Shown here piece by piece: positions 26,286 to 39,838 of a DNA stretch of 64,000 nucleotides. Origin of the DNA: Eledone cirrhosa. Its lineage: Eukaryota. Position numbers and translations under genes: made by a program. Within the stretch, counting starts at the first letter, position 1. The number at the start of each line of letters is the position of its first letter. The notes beneath the pieces were generated by a model. The model was not told the origin of the DNA. It made no database searches and saw only the letters and a program-made list of their open reading frames with translations. The stretch spans positions 234,732,001 to 234,796,000 of the forward strand of contig OZ024743.1 of assembly GCA_964016885.1 (NCBI GenBank), written 5' to 3'.

Positions 26286-27559
26286 GTAAGCATAATTTAT
26301 TTTAATTGTAGTCATATAGTATCAAACATTTATTTTTCAGATCAAGTTGGAATAATAATTGCCTTTTAAAACAAACATATACCATTTATACTCGTGTACT
26401 ATTTTCTGCCAAAATATTTGGATTTTTTTATGGATATCTTGTAAAAACAAATTCTAGTTTTTCACAGACAAGAAATCAAGGTATTATCTTGAACATAAAT
26501 GTTACTATTATGAAATCTGTTTACACTATCATGCTCTGGTGCACATATCTTCCTGAATATTTCACTGAGAAATCATAAATTAGGTTACATCACTATTATA
26601 AATTTTGGTAGTTTTTAATATTGACCTGCATTAGCAAGGTAAACCATTGCTCATAGCTCCAGTGATGATGTGTATTTCTTAAGAAATATTTCATATCTGC
26701 TTGCTGGCAGTCATGTGTTGCAACTCAATGAGGCTGAAGTTTACACCATCATTTCTTATATAACCTTGGCTGTGTATTTATCAGTTGTACACCATAAATA
26801 CCCTATCTTTGAATGGCTACTAAAGGTAATTATGCTATATTTTGTAACTTAAAATCAAGATAACTTAAGCCTGCCTGCCATTTGCAGATGTAAATACATT
26901 AACAATGTTATTACTATCGGTCATGTTGTCAAAATTATTAAGTTTAATGCTTTCTCATGTCAACAAACTTTGGTTCCCTCCTATCTTCATGCAAAATTTG
27001 ATGTGGCATGCAGCTGTTGATTATTTTCTCAGCTACAGTGGGCACTCAGATTGTCAAATATCTAATAATTATGAATCAGAAAAAATACCAGTATCTTATT
27101 CATTACCATATTTCTAATGAAAGGTGTCACCCTTATTTTTCAAATGATCCAGAATCTGGAGGGATTTAGTAATATAACCAACTTTCTCGGTATTAAAATG
27201 ATGTTTGGAATATAACAAAGTTTCTTAGATACATATAAAGACATAAAAACTTTGTTTTTATGATTTTATATTCATCTAAAATATCATAGAATGAAGAGGG
27301 CATTTAGTATCAAATGGGTTAAGAATTAAAAGGATGGGGGGGAAAGAGAAGTGCATTCTAGTGACACCAAAACTAGTGTTGTCTCACCCATTGCAGTCTA
27401 AAAGAGATCTCGCCATTAATCTTCAATCTCACCGCACATGTTGATGGGTGGATCTCACTAGTCTACTCAAATCTTGTGTCATATCCTATTGTGAGGTTGT
27501 TTCTTAAAATGATTATTTATAACTGTCCCTTGTCTCCCTCTTATACACAGGTTTTCTTT

Positions 27560-28330
27560 CAGTTCATTTGTGCTCCTACATTTACTAACACATCTAGCAG
27601 AGAATGCAGACTTCATTTCTTTCCAACCATCACAAATATTCTACACTCATGATCCACACCTCACTGCCATGTTAGCATAGCAGTTTAAACACACTCATAT
27701 AATCTGCCCTTCATTTGAGAGAGAAGTCCATTGTTAGCAGTAGGCATAACCCCTGATCCTCTTCCACCCTTTTCTCATTGTCTATCACACTTTCAGTGCC
27801 TTCACCTCCCACTTCTAATTAATGTGCTTACTTAGATAGATAGTAAAAACTATTTGCTACTTCTAATTAGTCTTCTTAGCATTTAAGAGAGTTTATTTCT
27901 CTTGTCTGCTCTAGTGCACCTGCCATATATGCAGCCTACCTCTGATCCTACTGGTTGCGCTGTGTAGTTCCTACCTTTTAAAACTTTCTAAATCTAAAAT
28001 AGTCTTTGCTAGGTTTACTTTAAGGTCTTTTGATTCCAGATTTTGTTTCTATGTCTGCAACTTCGTTGCAAATTCTTCCAAGAGGAATCCTAAGTGGTGT
28101 ACATGAGAGAAGACTGTAGGTACAGATGTGTGATGTGCATGAATGATGATCAATGGGTGAAGAGGTGCCAGGAAATGCCGCAGTTGAGGTAGACCAAGAA
28201 AGACCTGGGCTGCGTTGGTGAGAGCTGATCGCAAATCACAGACTCTCGGAGGAGATAACAAAATGTGGAGAGATATTCTGCTGAAAAAAACCCTACCAAC
28301 CCATGCGAATGTGGAAAAACAGACATAAAA
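27560..28330. mobile_element. Decayed RTE-type LINE fragments in both orientations
   Basis: Similar to parts of 54326-55365 (GGTAGACCAAGAAAGACCTGGG; CTTTGCTAGGTTTACTTT on the minus strand). Confidence 0.65.
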
Positions 28331-30805
28331 ACAACAATGATTATATATATATATACATACACACACATTTTTTTCAACTGTTGATCAGCTGTTATGATCA
28401 TTTGCGTTGAGGTGCACAATTTTCAAATTTTACCAGTCCTTAATTAAGTCAGCAGCTTTTAACATAATGGTGAATGCACTCAGCCAGTATCTGAGAGATG
28501 CAGGGCTTGATTCTTTGCATGTGTCTCTGTCCACTTGTTCCCATTGTTTCAACAATTATGATCAATTGCATTCAGAGATGCACACATTTCATATACACAC
28601 AAATCTAATATTTTATTATTAAAGTTGATTATTTCTTTAGTCAAGTTTTCTGCTAAAAATTTCTTTGTTGTTATCTTAACTATCTTGTAGATGTTTCCTC
28701 AAAGCTAAACATGAAAGAAGGGTTTAAGTTGTCAACTTGAACAATGATGAATATATAGTAGTAACCATATGATTAATTTCACTATCTAAAGAATATCATA
28801 AGGAGAGGAGTAATATTTTGAACAGTTAAATTTTTTTTTTTTTTTTTTTTTCAAGGGGTTTCTTTGCATATATATATTGTCTGTAAATTTCTTAGTGTTG
28901 TTTTAGGGGAGCTCACAAGACAAAATAACATTCTACAATCTTTGTTGTCTTAACTGCTTTTGTTTTTACTTCAATTGCCAAGAATGAAGAATGGCATTAG
29001 AATCTGTGATTGATCTGAAATGTTTGACTCATGGGTTAATGGCAATTTAATATATTTTACTTGTCCTTAAATATCCAGAATTGGTAAATGCTTTTAAAGA
29101 TTAAGCTTATTGTATTTTCAGAAGCAATTATTTATAATTTTCATTGTCTTTTCTTACACTAATGATAATGAAAACACGTTTGTAAGATTGATTTGCTGAA
29201 TAATCAATTAAACATAGAAATTGCAAAACTAAATAACTGCATTTTCCAATGTCCTCCTTACAGCTGGATACAACCCTTCCCTGGTAGACCTCCAGTGCTT
29301 TCTATTTGGTTTTGGTCATGTCAGGGGTATAGCCGTACTCACCAAATTTGGTCAGTTGCAGGTTGAGGTGGATGGCCATTCTCTCCTTTTAACAGCTCTT
29401 GTATTTTATGTTGATGGGGTTTCACTTACCCTCCTCACCAGATCAGAGTTTGGTTGGAGAGCCGATTTAGTTTCCGACCACTCAACCATGAAGTAGATTG
29501 TATTGGGTTACATGGTACCAATAGCAGGCAGAAGCCTGGGATGACTATACATTTGTGTCTATTGATTCGTATTTCACTTGAACTTTTATCAGTATAGGTG
29601 CTGTAAAATAATCATGTCAGTTTTATTTGGTGATCAAGAGGAAACTTTTCACGAAGTCCTTTGCCCTTTAATCATATAAAGGTGTTAGTGTGTGTGTGAA
29701 TTGGTTTACAGAATCTGCAACATGGTAATTACAAATTAAATATAAATCAGGTATCTATCAAATATATACTTTTGTGTGGACATCCAAAAAGAAAATTCTC
29801 AGTCGGTTGTTGAACCATTTTGACTTGTCCCAGATACCTGTTAATTAATTTACAATACATAAATAGAGCTATGCATGAAACTAGTAATGGGCTTGTCATA
29901 AGATTTTGACTTTGGGATATAGAAATAGCTTGTGGAACTGTAGTGTTGGTAACTATTTGATTCTGTGAATGGCAGAATATTTGAGTTGTATGAAAGTAAA
30001 TGTGATGTTAATTACTTGTCTTAAATATGTAATGATTAACCCTTTCATTACCATAATGTAACCACAGATTGTCTGAAATGACATATATACCTACCCAATA
30101 AGACAAAAATGCTTCAAGTACAACACTTCTAACTTTACAATGCCCAATTCAAAGCTAACAGACATTACCTAGATCATTAATTTAAATTTTATTTCTTTTG
30201 GAACCATTATAAAACAATTTTATTTATCTAAAAGCCAGGATAACTTTATGTAAGAGCTTTTGTTATGTTCCAAACATTAGCTTAATAATGAGAAAGTTAG
30301 TTATATTATAAAATACTTCAAAATTATTTGAAAAGCATAGGTAATGGTTGTTGTTTTTTTGTTTTTATGTATTCTATCTAACACTAGTCGGCTCCAAACT
30401 AGACTTGTATAATCAAGAAGTGGTTGACTAATTGCTTTGTTGATTAATATAATCTTGAATTTGTCCTTTCTCTAAGTACTGCCAACCAATAATTTAAGAA
30501 TGATGTTTCATTGTTGAACACGACTTTTCATTCTTCTGCAATTTGTTCAGAACATGGATATTATGCCACAAATTACTTTGTCTTCGGCTATAGCTCCAGA
30601 TATAGTATATGGCCAAAAACTTGGAATATGCTTTTATGGCGTTTTTCCTATCGCATGAGCTTAAAAAAATCTTTTTTTTTTTCGATGGCAATACAGTTTG
30701 GTATTATATTTTCGGAGCTTTTAATTTTGTATGACGACAAACTTAGTTTTCCAGTAAATTAATCTGCTTAATTTGGTAATATTATTTGATATTCAAAAAT
30801 GGATA

Positions 30806-30983
30806 TGCAGTATCGGTAGAGGGTCGGACGCCATGCTTTGACGCATAGTTACGGCCCTTGTCATTCTGAGTTCAAATCCCGCCGAGATTAACTTTGCCTT
30901 TCATCCTTACGGGGTCGATAAAATAAAGTACTAGTAATGCACTTGGTAATTGCTGGCCTTGTGCCAAAAGTAGAAACAATTAT
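30806..30983 (+). mobile_element. tRNA-derived SINE
   Basis: Near-identical to 2756-2946; followed by an older minus-strand SINE piece. Confidence 0.85.
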
Positions 30984-32480
30984 TTGATATACAGTTTCTG
31001 ATAATAATTTGCTCTCGTAATTCCTGAGGAATATGAGAAAAAGAGATATAGAAGAAGAACCCCAATACTTGACTAGTACTTTTTTTTTTTTATCAACCTC
31101 GAGGATGAAAGGCAAAGTTGAACTCGCAGAGGCTGAACGAATACCGCAAAGCATTCTATGCAACGTCCTAACGACTCTGACAATCCGTCACTGTGGTGAT
31201 ACATTTACATTGCATAAATTTAAAATACAATGAAAAGTATTTCAAGGGATGTAACTCTCAACGTGAATAGATAAACTTAGGTTTTGGGCACATATTAATT
31301 TCATTTATTTTATATATTGTCATCTATTTGGGTTTTATTATAACAAGTATATTTTTTTTCAGTGCTGAGTAAATAAATATATTTTAGACATAAAAATATT
31401 AACTATTTTGATTCCCTGAAACCATTCGGTGCATATTTAGTGATCTCTTGATCAGAATTTTTATTAATGTCATTGAAAATTATTTCAATTAGATTCGGAA
31501 GAATTTTTTATGGAACACTACTAGCTTCTCAACATGATTGCAATAGTCTTAGCACTACCGTTCGTCTATAATAAATTGCATAAAATTATACTGTACGGGC
31601 CTTTACTGTCTTTATAGCTGGCTGAACACGGGCATCATTTAGTTAAGTTTTAATTTCTTGAGTCAGTTGAAGTGAATATTGACATTTTATTGAGCAATAA
31701 ATTATCACCAATTATGCTGGATTGTGTGGGTTTCGATTGCATCAGTGTGGATCCTCTGTTCTGTATGGGTCTGGAAAATCGGTTAATATGAGGGGGTAAT
31801 GCGATATTTTGCTGCATTCATCATTATATAGTGACGGGCTGTTTATAGACTCCATTAAACTGTCCGGAATTTGTATCATGCTCCCCACTCAGGTAGATGT
31901 CACAAATAAAAATTAAAAGTAATTCACTATTAATAATGATTTTTTTTTTTTAAATTACTCATTTTTTCGGTTCTTAATCGCTTATCTCCTACTGAAATTG
32001 TACTAGTGTATGTGTCCAAACCACACACGTCATGTGACTGACTAAGTTGCCTCATTTTGAACTAATACAGAAGCAGATATCACGTGGCTGTTGCCGCCAT
32101 GTCTCTTTGTTCATTACGGAGACCCATCACTACTAATTTACTACTGTTGTTGACTCTATACCACCCCAGCTTCAATGTCTGCTATGTGCTAGCTGGTGAT
32201 GTTGGTTAACTTCCACTCCAATCAACTCGCTATAAATGTAACCATCAAATTCGTAATGCTATAATGAAGTGGATGCGTATGTGCCCGAAACGCGCACTTC
32301 ATCTGTTAATATATTTAATTATAGAATTAAATAAACAATAATTCGATTTTCTGGCTCAATTAAACAAATCAATTTCAAATAGACCGCCAAATCGTGAATT
32401 TCTTAATCTCTTTCAAAATCTTTATCGAGCGGAGTTTTTTTTTTATTTTTATTATTCTCCTCCATCGTATATGCCAAATA

Positions 32481-32657
32481 ATGGGAAGGCCAAGGAAATA
32501 TGCTACCGAAGAGGAGCGTCGTGCTGCGAAAGCCATGAGAGAAAGGGCCCGGAGAGAGAGAGAAACTGCAGAAAAAAGGAGCAGTCGTTTGGAAAAAATG
32601 AGAACGTCTGCAGTAAGGAGAAGACGGATGCGTACTAGTATTGGCAATTTTGCTAAG
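32481..32657 (+). CDS. Variable exon V9: basic AT-hook-like / STPR-like peptide
   Basis: MGRPRKYATEEERRAAKAMRERARRERETAEKRSSRLEKMR; 59 codons then AAG|gtaatg, phase 0. Confidence 0.75.
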
Positions 32658-33614
32658 GTAATGTACTTCTCTGAACGTGTGATTGTGAGCTAGTTTGGGG
32701 GAGTGTGTCCGAAAGAAGTTGGTAAACTCAACGGGCTGTCTTGTTTCTGTAAAAGAAAATATAGACACTTGCTTTAGTGGAGATTATTCTCTTTAGTTTA
32801 TCTAAATCAATAGTTTCATTATTAATGAAGCTTTTATTACTTCAGATTGTAAGTGTGAATTCAAAGTGGATTTGAAAAATAAAACTGACTAAACCGGACC
32901 ATGTAAGATTAGGAGGGGGAAGTAACCAATTTCCGCACCCGACAGCTCTCGCCTCCCTTACCTCTCTACACCTAATCCTCTCGCTTCCACTCGTCTGAAT
33001 TATTAATGTTGATGATAAATGTATTGGAATTTGGTATCTCGCCTTGCCTTTTATTACTTTAAAGGGAGCTTTGGCACGCGTTTTCTGACTAAAAATTATT
33101 TGAAAAAAGATAGCATCCTCCAAATACAATAGAATTTTTTTTTTTTATTTAACAAGAATTATAATTGTGTGAATGGATGTGGAAATGTATGGTAGTCGTT
33201 CCTAGTGTTTATTTTCGCGAGTGGTGAAAACCATAAAGGTTATTTATTAATCGAATTCGAGTTATTTCGATACTTAACCCTTAAATTGAATAAGTTGCGG
33301 AATCGTTTCAGTTCCTTGAGGAAACTAGTTTACATGTGTTGCTAATGTTTTTGAGAAAGGCATCATGTAAGAAATTTGCTTTCGATTTTGAAATTTTCAG
33401 GTGAAATTTTGTTTACAGTTACAATGTAATACCATAGGCAAACGAGGAGTTTGTGACGTACTACTGTTTCGTTGGCTTGTCAATATCAAGGAGAGGGAGG
33501 AAGGTTACTTAGCGCATGCGTATCCATTTCACCGACATTCTATTTTTCAAAGAATATTTTGTAAAATTATTCCCCAAGCACATTTTTTGTTATGTGATTC
33601 TTCACATTCTAGTT

Positions 33615-33950
33615 ATGCCTTCTTGTGTTGTTGTAGGTTGTAAAGTAAGGGCTACCAAAGAAAATTCTGCACTCGGCTTGCGATTGCATAGATTCCCACG
33701 AAACCCCTATCGGCGACAGTTGTGGATGAATGCTATAAACAGGCCGAACTGGATTGCTAGCGACAACGACCGAATCTGTGGCTTGCATTTCCATAGCCGA
33801 TACCCCATAGCTAATATAGCAAGTATTGATTATGTCCCTACGATATTTTCGACACGGCCATACGACGAATCTGACCTTGTTGCCAGACAAAGACTGAAGT
33901 GTTTCCAATTTGCTATCAACAGTGCCACGAGATATCCCGATATTTTTATT
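33615..33950 (+). CDS. Variable exon V10: complete THAP domain
   Basis: MPSCVVVGC..LHRFP..WMNAINR..RICGLHF..DYVPTIF; 112 codons then ATT|gtaagt, phase 0. Confidence 0.9.
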
Positions 33951-35573
33951 GTAAGTGTGTTGGGTTCCAAGTTATAGGATCCTATAACCTAACTTTGAAG
34001 TCGGAGATTTCATTTAGAAAATTTCACTTTTGTCAGTTATTTAAATTTATTTATTTCTCTACCCACTGTGTCTTTCTTGTGTATCGTAACTGATCTAAGG
34101 GGCTTTTCGAGTTTATAGAGAAAACTGCAGTTGGTATTTCTTTCTGTTAGAAAACAATTTTGTGTAAAATCAGACGGAGATAACTAATTAAATAATTGTT
34201 CCATATAACTGCATCGAGTTAAGTTAGTCTAACAACTTTTAGCCAATTCCTATATTGAACAATCAACAGTCGTTTTCCAAATAGATAAGAGATAGGTTTG
34301 TGGCTGCTATTTCATGTGGAGGCTTCTCTTAGCTCGATTTTCAACAAGTATTTGCAGTTTCCTATTTCGCAAGGGGCGCGACCAATCTAAAATTCCGTGT
34401 ATTTTTTTATGACAGCATTAGTGTCCCGTTTCATTAAAAGTGCAAACGAACCGTATATTTATATGTACACTTACTATTTATCTAATCATTTCGATTGAAA
34501 ACACATACAGTATTAAAGTTTTTGCCACTCACATTGCTTTATTATAGAATGGGAAAATGTTTTCTCTTTATTTTCTTCTGCAGTAGAGCCAAATTTATTT
34601 TTCGTTCCAAATATCCTTGGGGGTTTGGTTCATGATATGGTGGTGCGGTTCGCTTTATTTATATATATATATATCGAGACTTCCCGTAAATAATGCAGTG
34701 TTTTTATACTTCTTTTATCTTTAAAATTGAAGATAAACTCCACTTTTCAAAGCTTGAATTAAGAATGTAAAGGTGAATTTAATACCAGCTTTTATAGCAT
34801 GCAATTTACCAGTAACGCACTGGGGTACTTGCTGGCCTTGTGCCAAAAGTAGAAACAATTATTTATGGGATGACCCAATATATACACGCACATTCGATCT
34901 CTTATAGTGAGGCTCGTCAGATTCCTTTGGTTAATCCACTTGTATCAGCAGACTAACTAGTAGTCAGTAGTAGCTCTAACATATTATGAACTAGAAATGT
35001 GTATGAAGGCATATAGAGACAGCTGAATACATTCATAGCGAGACTTCTATATGTTTATTATACAGAAACAAATCGTATATGACGTTAAGTTTCGCACAGC
35101 ATCGGAAGCGACAGTGTTTTATTTTAACGAGTATTGGCTCATTTTAAAATAAGTCAAAAGTCTTCCTTCCGTCTTAAATGTTTCTATTACAGATAATTTG
35201 ATTAATAATACTTTGTAATGTTTGAAGTAATCTCAGACAAGTCTTATAGATAGTTTCAAAGTATTGACTATTTAATTCGATAGTTACTTGATTTCATTGA
35301 AAGGTTAATTTGATCTTTCCTCAAAGGGAATTGCAAGGATTGTCATAGTTAATTTCTTAATTTTCTAAGTGACGTTTTGCGCATATTAATGACGTCATTT
35401 TATGACACCCAATCATTTATGACGTGTGAGTAAGTATCTATAAATGGCGCTGTTTTTCTTAGTGCCTCATCTTTGTGGTTCTTTGGATTTTTTTTCTTTC
35501 TATTTATATTTTGAAACTAAAGATTTATAGAAAGTACGTTTAAAGAAAGGATATAAGCCAGCAACTTGCTATT

Positions 35574-35948
35574 ATGGTTACCCGTTGTGTTGTCCGCGGT
35601 TGTGCGAAGGCTAAGCAGGATGGCGTGAGTCACCATAAGTTTCCGCAAAATAGTGTTTGTAGGAGAGTCTGGATTGAATTTGTCCGTAAAACTCGTCCTA
35701 ATTTCAGATCTCCATCGATGTTCACTTACCTCTGCAGTGATCATTTCGAAAAGGACATGTTCAGTATCTCCAGCTTGAACCGTATCAAATTAGGATTATC
35801 TCACAGGTTCCAGCTAAAATCTACCGCTATACCAACTATACTTTTCTCGCAAAAGACAGTCAACTGTCAAGTACGCAACTACAACGAAGAAACAGATGTT
35901 GGTAAAAAGACGATAATGTCGCCTTCTGGAAAGTTACATCTACTCCAG
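35574..35948 (+). CDS. Variable exon V11: complete THAP domain
   Basis: MVTRCVVRGC..HKFP..WIEFV..LCSDHF..LKSTAIPTI; 125 codons then CAG|gtagga, phase 0. Confidence 0.9.
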
Positions 35949-36143
35949 GTAGGAGATGGCCCTAATTAGACACGCATGCGTGCAAAACTTGTTTTGTAAA
36001 TTAATATATAATTTATTTAGGATTAATGAAAGTATATTATTTCTAATGAATTGTTTGCTATTGAACCAGACGCTGGCCGCGTTTCAAGATTCCCCGTCCT
36101 TTTGGGTATATATATATTAATTGTGAATTCATCATGACATAAT

Positions 36144-36410
36144 CCTATTTGGAGGTTCCATTAAAGTGGGGGTTCTAGACAGGAAATCGAAAAATACTTG
36201 CTGACTGTTTCTGTGGAAATATGCTAATTTTGTTTAGTTTTGCTTCCATTCTTGCTATTCTCACATTTTGCATTAATAAATTCATTTTCAGTCGAAGATA
36301 TTCCGTAAGTATAATTTCCATTACCTTTCACAATTCTGATTTTCTAGTTTAAATGTTTACTGTTCGATTTCCCGTCTGGAAATGTCGCATTAATAGAACC
36401 TAAAAATAGG
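36144..36410. mobile_element. MITE-like element with ~48-bp imperfect terminal inverted repeats
   Basis: CCTATTTGGAGGTTCCATTAAAG..AGACAGGAAATCGAA versus reverse complement of the right end CCTATTTTTAGGTTCTATTAATG..AGACGGGAAATCGAA. Confidence 0.6.
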
Positions 36411-37569
36411 TCTTAAAAACACTGCCGTAAAAAAAAAATGTAATTGCATTAGTTGAAAATTTCCTATTTCCTAACCCCAACCTAATTAAACGTTTGTTAA
36501 AAGAAAATATAAATGTAGTGTAAGACAAAGTAAATGTATAATGTTTAAATTTTCAAATTGAGTCAAGTGTAAAAATCATAAACAATTTTAATATTATTGG
36601 AATAGCTTATTTACCCTGAAATTGAACTGCTACAATTTTTTTTTTTTTTTTTGAATTCCGATTGAAGAAAATCGCTACAGGTTGGTTATAATTGTATCAC
36701 AACTTAGCATCCGTTGCGTGTATAAAATATTTTTCGACTAGGCACACCGTTCAAAAAATTACTGTAGTGAAGTTTGGTTGTTCGGAATTGCCATGCCATG
36801 CTATGCGTCCTAAATACTGCTACTGTGTATAGCCCGGCCAAATATGAAATGGTTAAGAGTATCTGAATTATAAATATTTTAATGAAAGCGATAAACTTCA
36901 GATTCGTGGTAAATCGTTGTGGGCCTGGACCAGGCGGTTAAATAAAAGACAATTGTTCTCTTATATAAAGTTATATCTGTCGGGTATTTTTCAAATAGTG
37001 TAAAGCTAGGTTCATTATTAATGTTTTGTTTTTCTGAAAGTAGAAATATTATTTAAAAATTGAGAAATCAAGAAAAGCTAATTTTAGAATGATTTGTGCT
37101 AATCTATACTCGTTCATTGTATTTCTTTATATATAACCAGGTATTTGGAGGTAGAATTATTTTTTCATCTTTTTATTATTATTATTATTATCCAACGTCG
37201 TTTAATTGCAAATTACCGTATAGTAAATTGATTTTCATACTAAAAATTGAAATTGAAAATAAATAACAGTAAACAGTTTTACGGACCACCATCTTTAATG
37301 CGAATTTAGACAATGCGATTTGGTTAGTGCGTCTGGTTTTTATCTCCTACTTCTTTGCTGGCTGTGTTGGTTTTATTAAGAGGGGCGGAGGAGAGAGAGA
37401 AGAGATAGAGAGTGCACAGTTGGCGCGTGTGGCCTTGTGGGAATGAAGTTTACATAGCTTACTATCTGGCGTTTCTAGATTTACAATACCACAGTGAACT
37501 TAGTGTTTTGCATTTTCATTATTTTCTCTAAATTTTTGCATATGCTTGTTATTTACCAAAGTTTACGTC

Positions 37570-38022
37570 ATGTCGTTACTTGGTGCTTCGAGTTCGTTTA
37601 CGAAACGCAAACGAACCTATTTGACATTAGAAACTAAGTTAGAGATTCTTGAACGGGCCGAATCTGGTGAAGGTTCGTCTGCATTAGGTCGTGTGTTCGG
37701 TGTTGGGGAGAGCACTATACGTTCAATCAAGAAGAATGCTGATAAGATAAAGAAATCAGTGTTATATTCTGCACCGTTTAACGGAACTATAACCAGGATA
37801 GGAAATACCGCGTTGAAAAGAACTGAGAGAGTGCTTGGTGCATGGATTACAAAACAACTTCAGGACAAGAGTTTTAGCCTCAGCACGGCGAGTATTAGAG
37901 ATAAAGCACTGGCTATTTACGAACGTTTTGTCCGTGACCAGGGTGGAAGTTACGAACCTTTCGTTGCTAGCAAAGGATGGTTAAATAATTTTCTCAGGCG
38001 TACAGGCTTTGGCTGTTTAAAG
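37570..38022 (+). CDS. Variable exon V12: Tigger/CENP-B-type bipartite HTH domain
   Basis: KRKRTYLTLETKLEILERAESGE..GESTIRSIKKN..ERVLGAWI..FVASKGWLNNF; 151 codons then AAG|gtaaat, phase 0. Confidence 0.9.
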
Positions 38023-38311
38023 GTAAATTCTACAATTACTAAATATCATTGTATATATACATACTTTTCTTCCTTTTCAGTCATTTGTCTGCGACCCACT
38101 CGCATATATTCAATGAATGCCTTTTTTTCCTCCATAACTATAAATCGTACCTTTCCGGATATTTCCGGAGTAACCTCCCCACTCTTAATGACATCACTTT
38201 AGTGCAACACTGTCGCCATCTTTGTGTGTTCTGTTAGTTAAGGCTTGCAGCAGCAGCTCATACAAAGAGAAAAGTTTTCATATAGTAAAGTTGAAATTTA
38301 AATGATAGCAA

Positions 38312-38623
38312 ATGGTTCACTGTGTTGCTTTCGGTTGCAGTAATCAAACAGGCAGTGGTAGAAGCTTTTTTCGCTTTCCTGACAGCAACACAAGACCACA
38401 TATATACAAGGAATGGTTATCAAGGGTTAATCGGGCGGAATTTATACCTTCGAAATATTCTAGTTTGTGTTCTGATCACTTTGAACGAAACTGTTATGTA
38501 AAAGACCCTAATTTACTCAAACACTGGGGCATAAAAATAAAACAGAGGCTAAAACCGGATGCAGTACCAACTATCTTCAACTTCAAACCAATCCGACGGC
38601 GTGGAGCGAAGAAGCGGTTTGAG
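38312..38623 (+). CDS. Variable exon V13: complete THAP domain
   Basis: MVHCVAFGCSN..FFRFP..WLSRVNR..LCSDHF..LKPDAVPTIF; 104 codons then GAG|gtagat, phase 0 (weaker donor, so the end is less certain). Confidence 0.85.
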
Positions 38624-39011
38624 GTAGATACAATAAAAATATCGCTTGTATCACTCGTGTGTGATGTGACCTACCTTGATTTCAGATTTGGCAAGCGCAT
38701 TTACTTTCGTTATTTCATACATATTGCCATTTCCTGCATAAAAAATTATGTGACTTAACTATTTTTCTTTCTTTCGTCTCTATTTTAATTCCGGATATAT
38801 TCTCTTTTTCGTTCGTAAGTTTAACTACTGTAAGCTTTTTTTCTTTTTTCTTTTTATATTTTATATTTTATCCAAGACTTACGTCCCTTGGTCAGTCACG
38901 TGATAGTATTGGTGTAGGCATAGTCATTTCCGCTCAATTATCAAATTATTTGTTTGCCTGTCTTTTTTTAGGGTTGCCTAACGAGCTTGATTCGTGTAAT
39001 TTTTTTTTATA

Positions 39012-39380
39012 ATGGAGACTACTTGCAAGGCGAAGTGGTGGTGTATAGTACATCAGTGTAGCTCTGATTCACGTAAGAGTGTTAGTGTTTATCCATTTAT
39101 GCGTGGTGTTCGCTTTTTTCCTTTTCCTACTGCCAAGAAAGATCCGTATATGCGTCAGCTTTGGACGAAGCTAGTAAGACGTGGTGACAACTGGGACGGT
39201 CCAAAAAAGCATCATCGCGTTTGCTCTAGGCACTTCAAAGATGGAGAGCCTAGCCTTCAGAACCCTGCTCCAACTATTTTCCCGTGGACGCCTGCTCAAA
39301 CAATCTTTCCTAAAATTGATTTCAGAGCGCGGCATAGTAAAATGCTTTATGGTGGCAAAGATGTTATTAAATCTCTTCAA
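39012..39380 (+). CDS. Variable exon V14: complete THAP domain
   Basis: WCIVHQCSSD..FFPFP..WTKLVRR..RVCSRHF..NPAPTIF; 123 codons then CAA|gtaagt, phase 0. Confidence 0.9.
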
Positions 39381-39684
39381 GTAAGTGTTTTTTTTTGTTT
39401 TGTTTTTCCACTACTTACCGTGTTAAAGTGGGTTTCGTTGGATTTTACCTAAATATTTCATATTCTACCTTCATCGTCGATTCTTACATCTCGGGTATGC
39501 AAAGTATTCAAATATCCGTTGTTTTCTCATTGATTTTTTCCAACCGTTTTTATTGATTGTAGGAACTGGCTTGCCTTCCATGAGCATGCGCATTCAAATG
39601 TCATGTCTATCTGCGTTTTTCCGTGTATGAAATAGGCAATAGAAATATATATTAAAGGATGGTATTATTTCATCCAACGTTGAG

Positions 39685-39838
39685 GGCGGTGAATCTAGCA
39701 TAGTTACGTCCCTTTACGATCTGAGTTCAAATCCTGCCGAGGTTAACTTTGCCTTTCATCCATACGGGGTCGATAAAATAAAGTACCAGTAATGCACTGT
39801 TTGATTGCTGGCCTTGTGCCAAAAGTAGAAACAATTAT
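39685..39838 (+). mobile_element. tRNA-derived SINE, internally deleted
   Basis: Same family as 2756; flanked by direct repeat TTATTTCATCCAACG. Confidence 0.8.

Noticed and set aside
30511-30762. 83-aa + strand ORF as a further variable exon
   Set aside because: No recognisable domain and no convincing phase-0 donor
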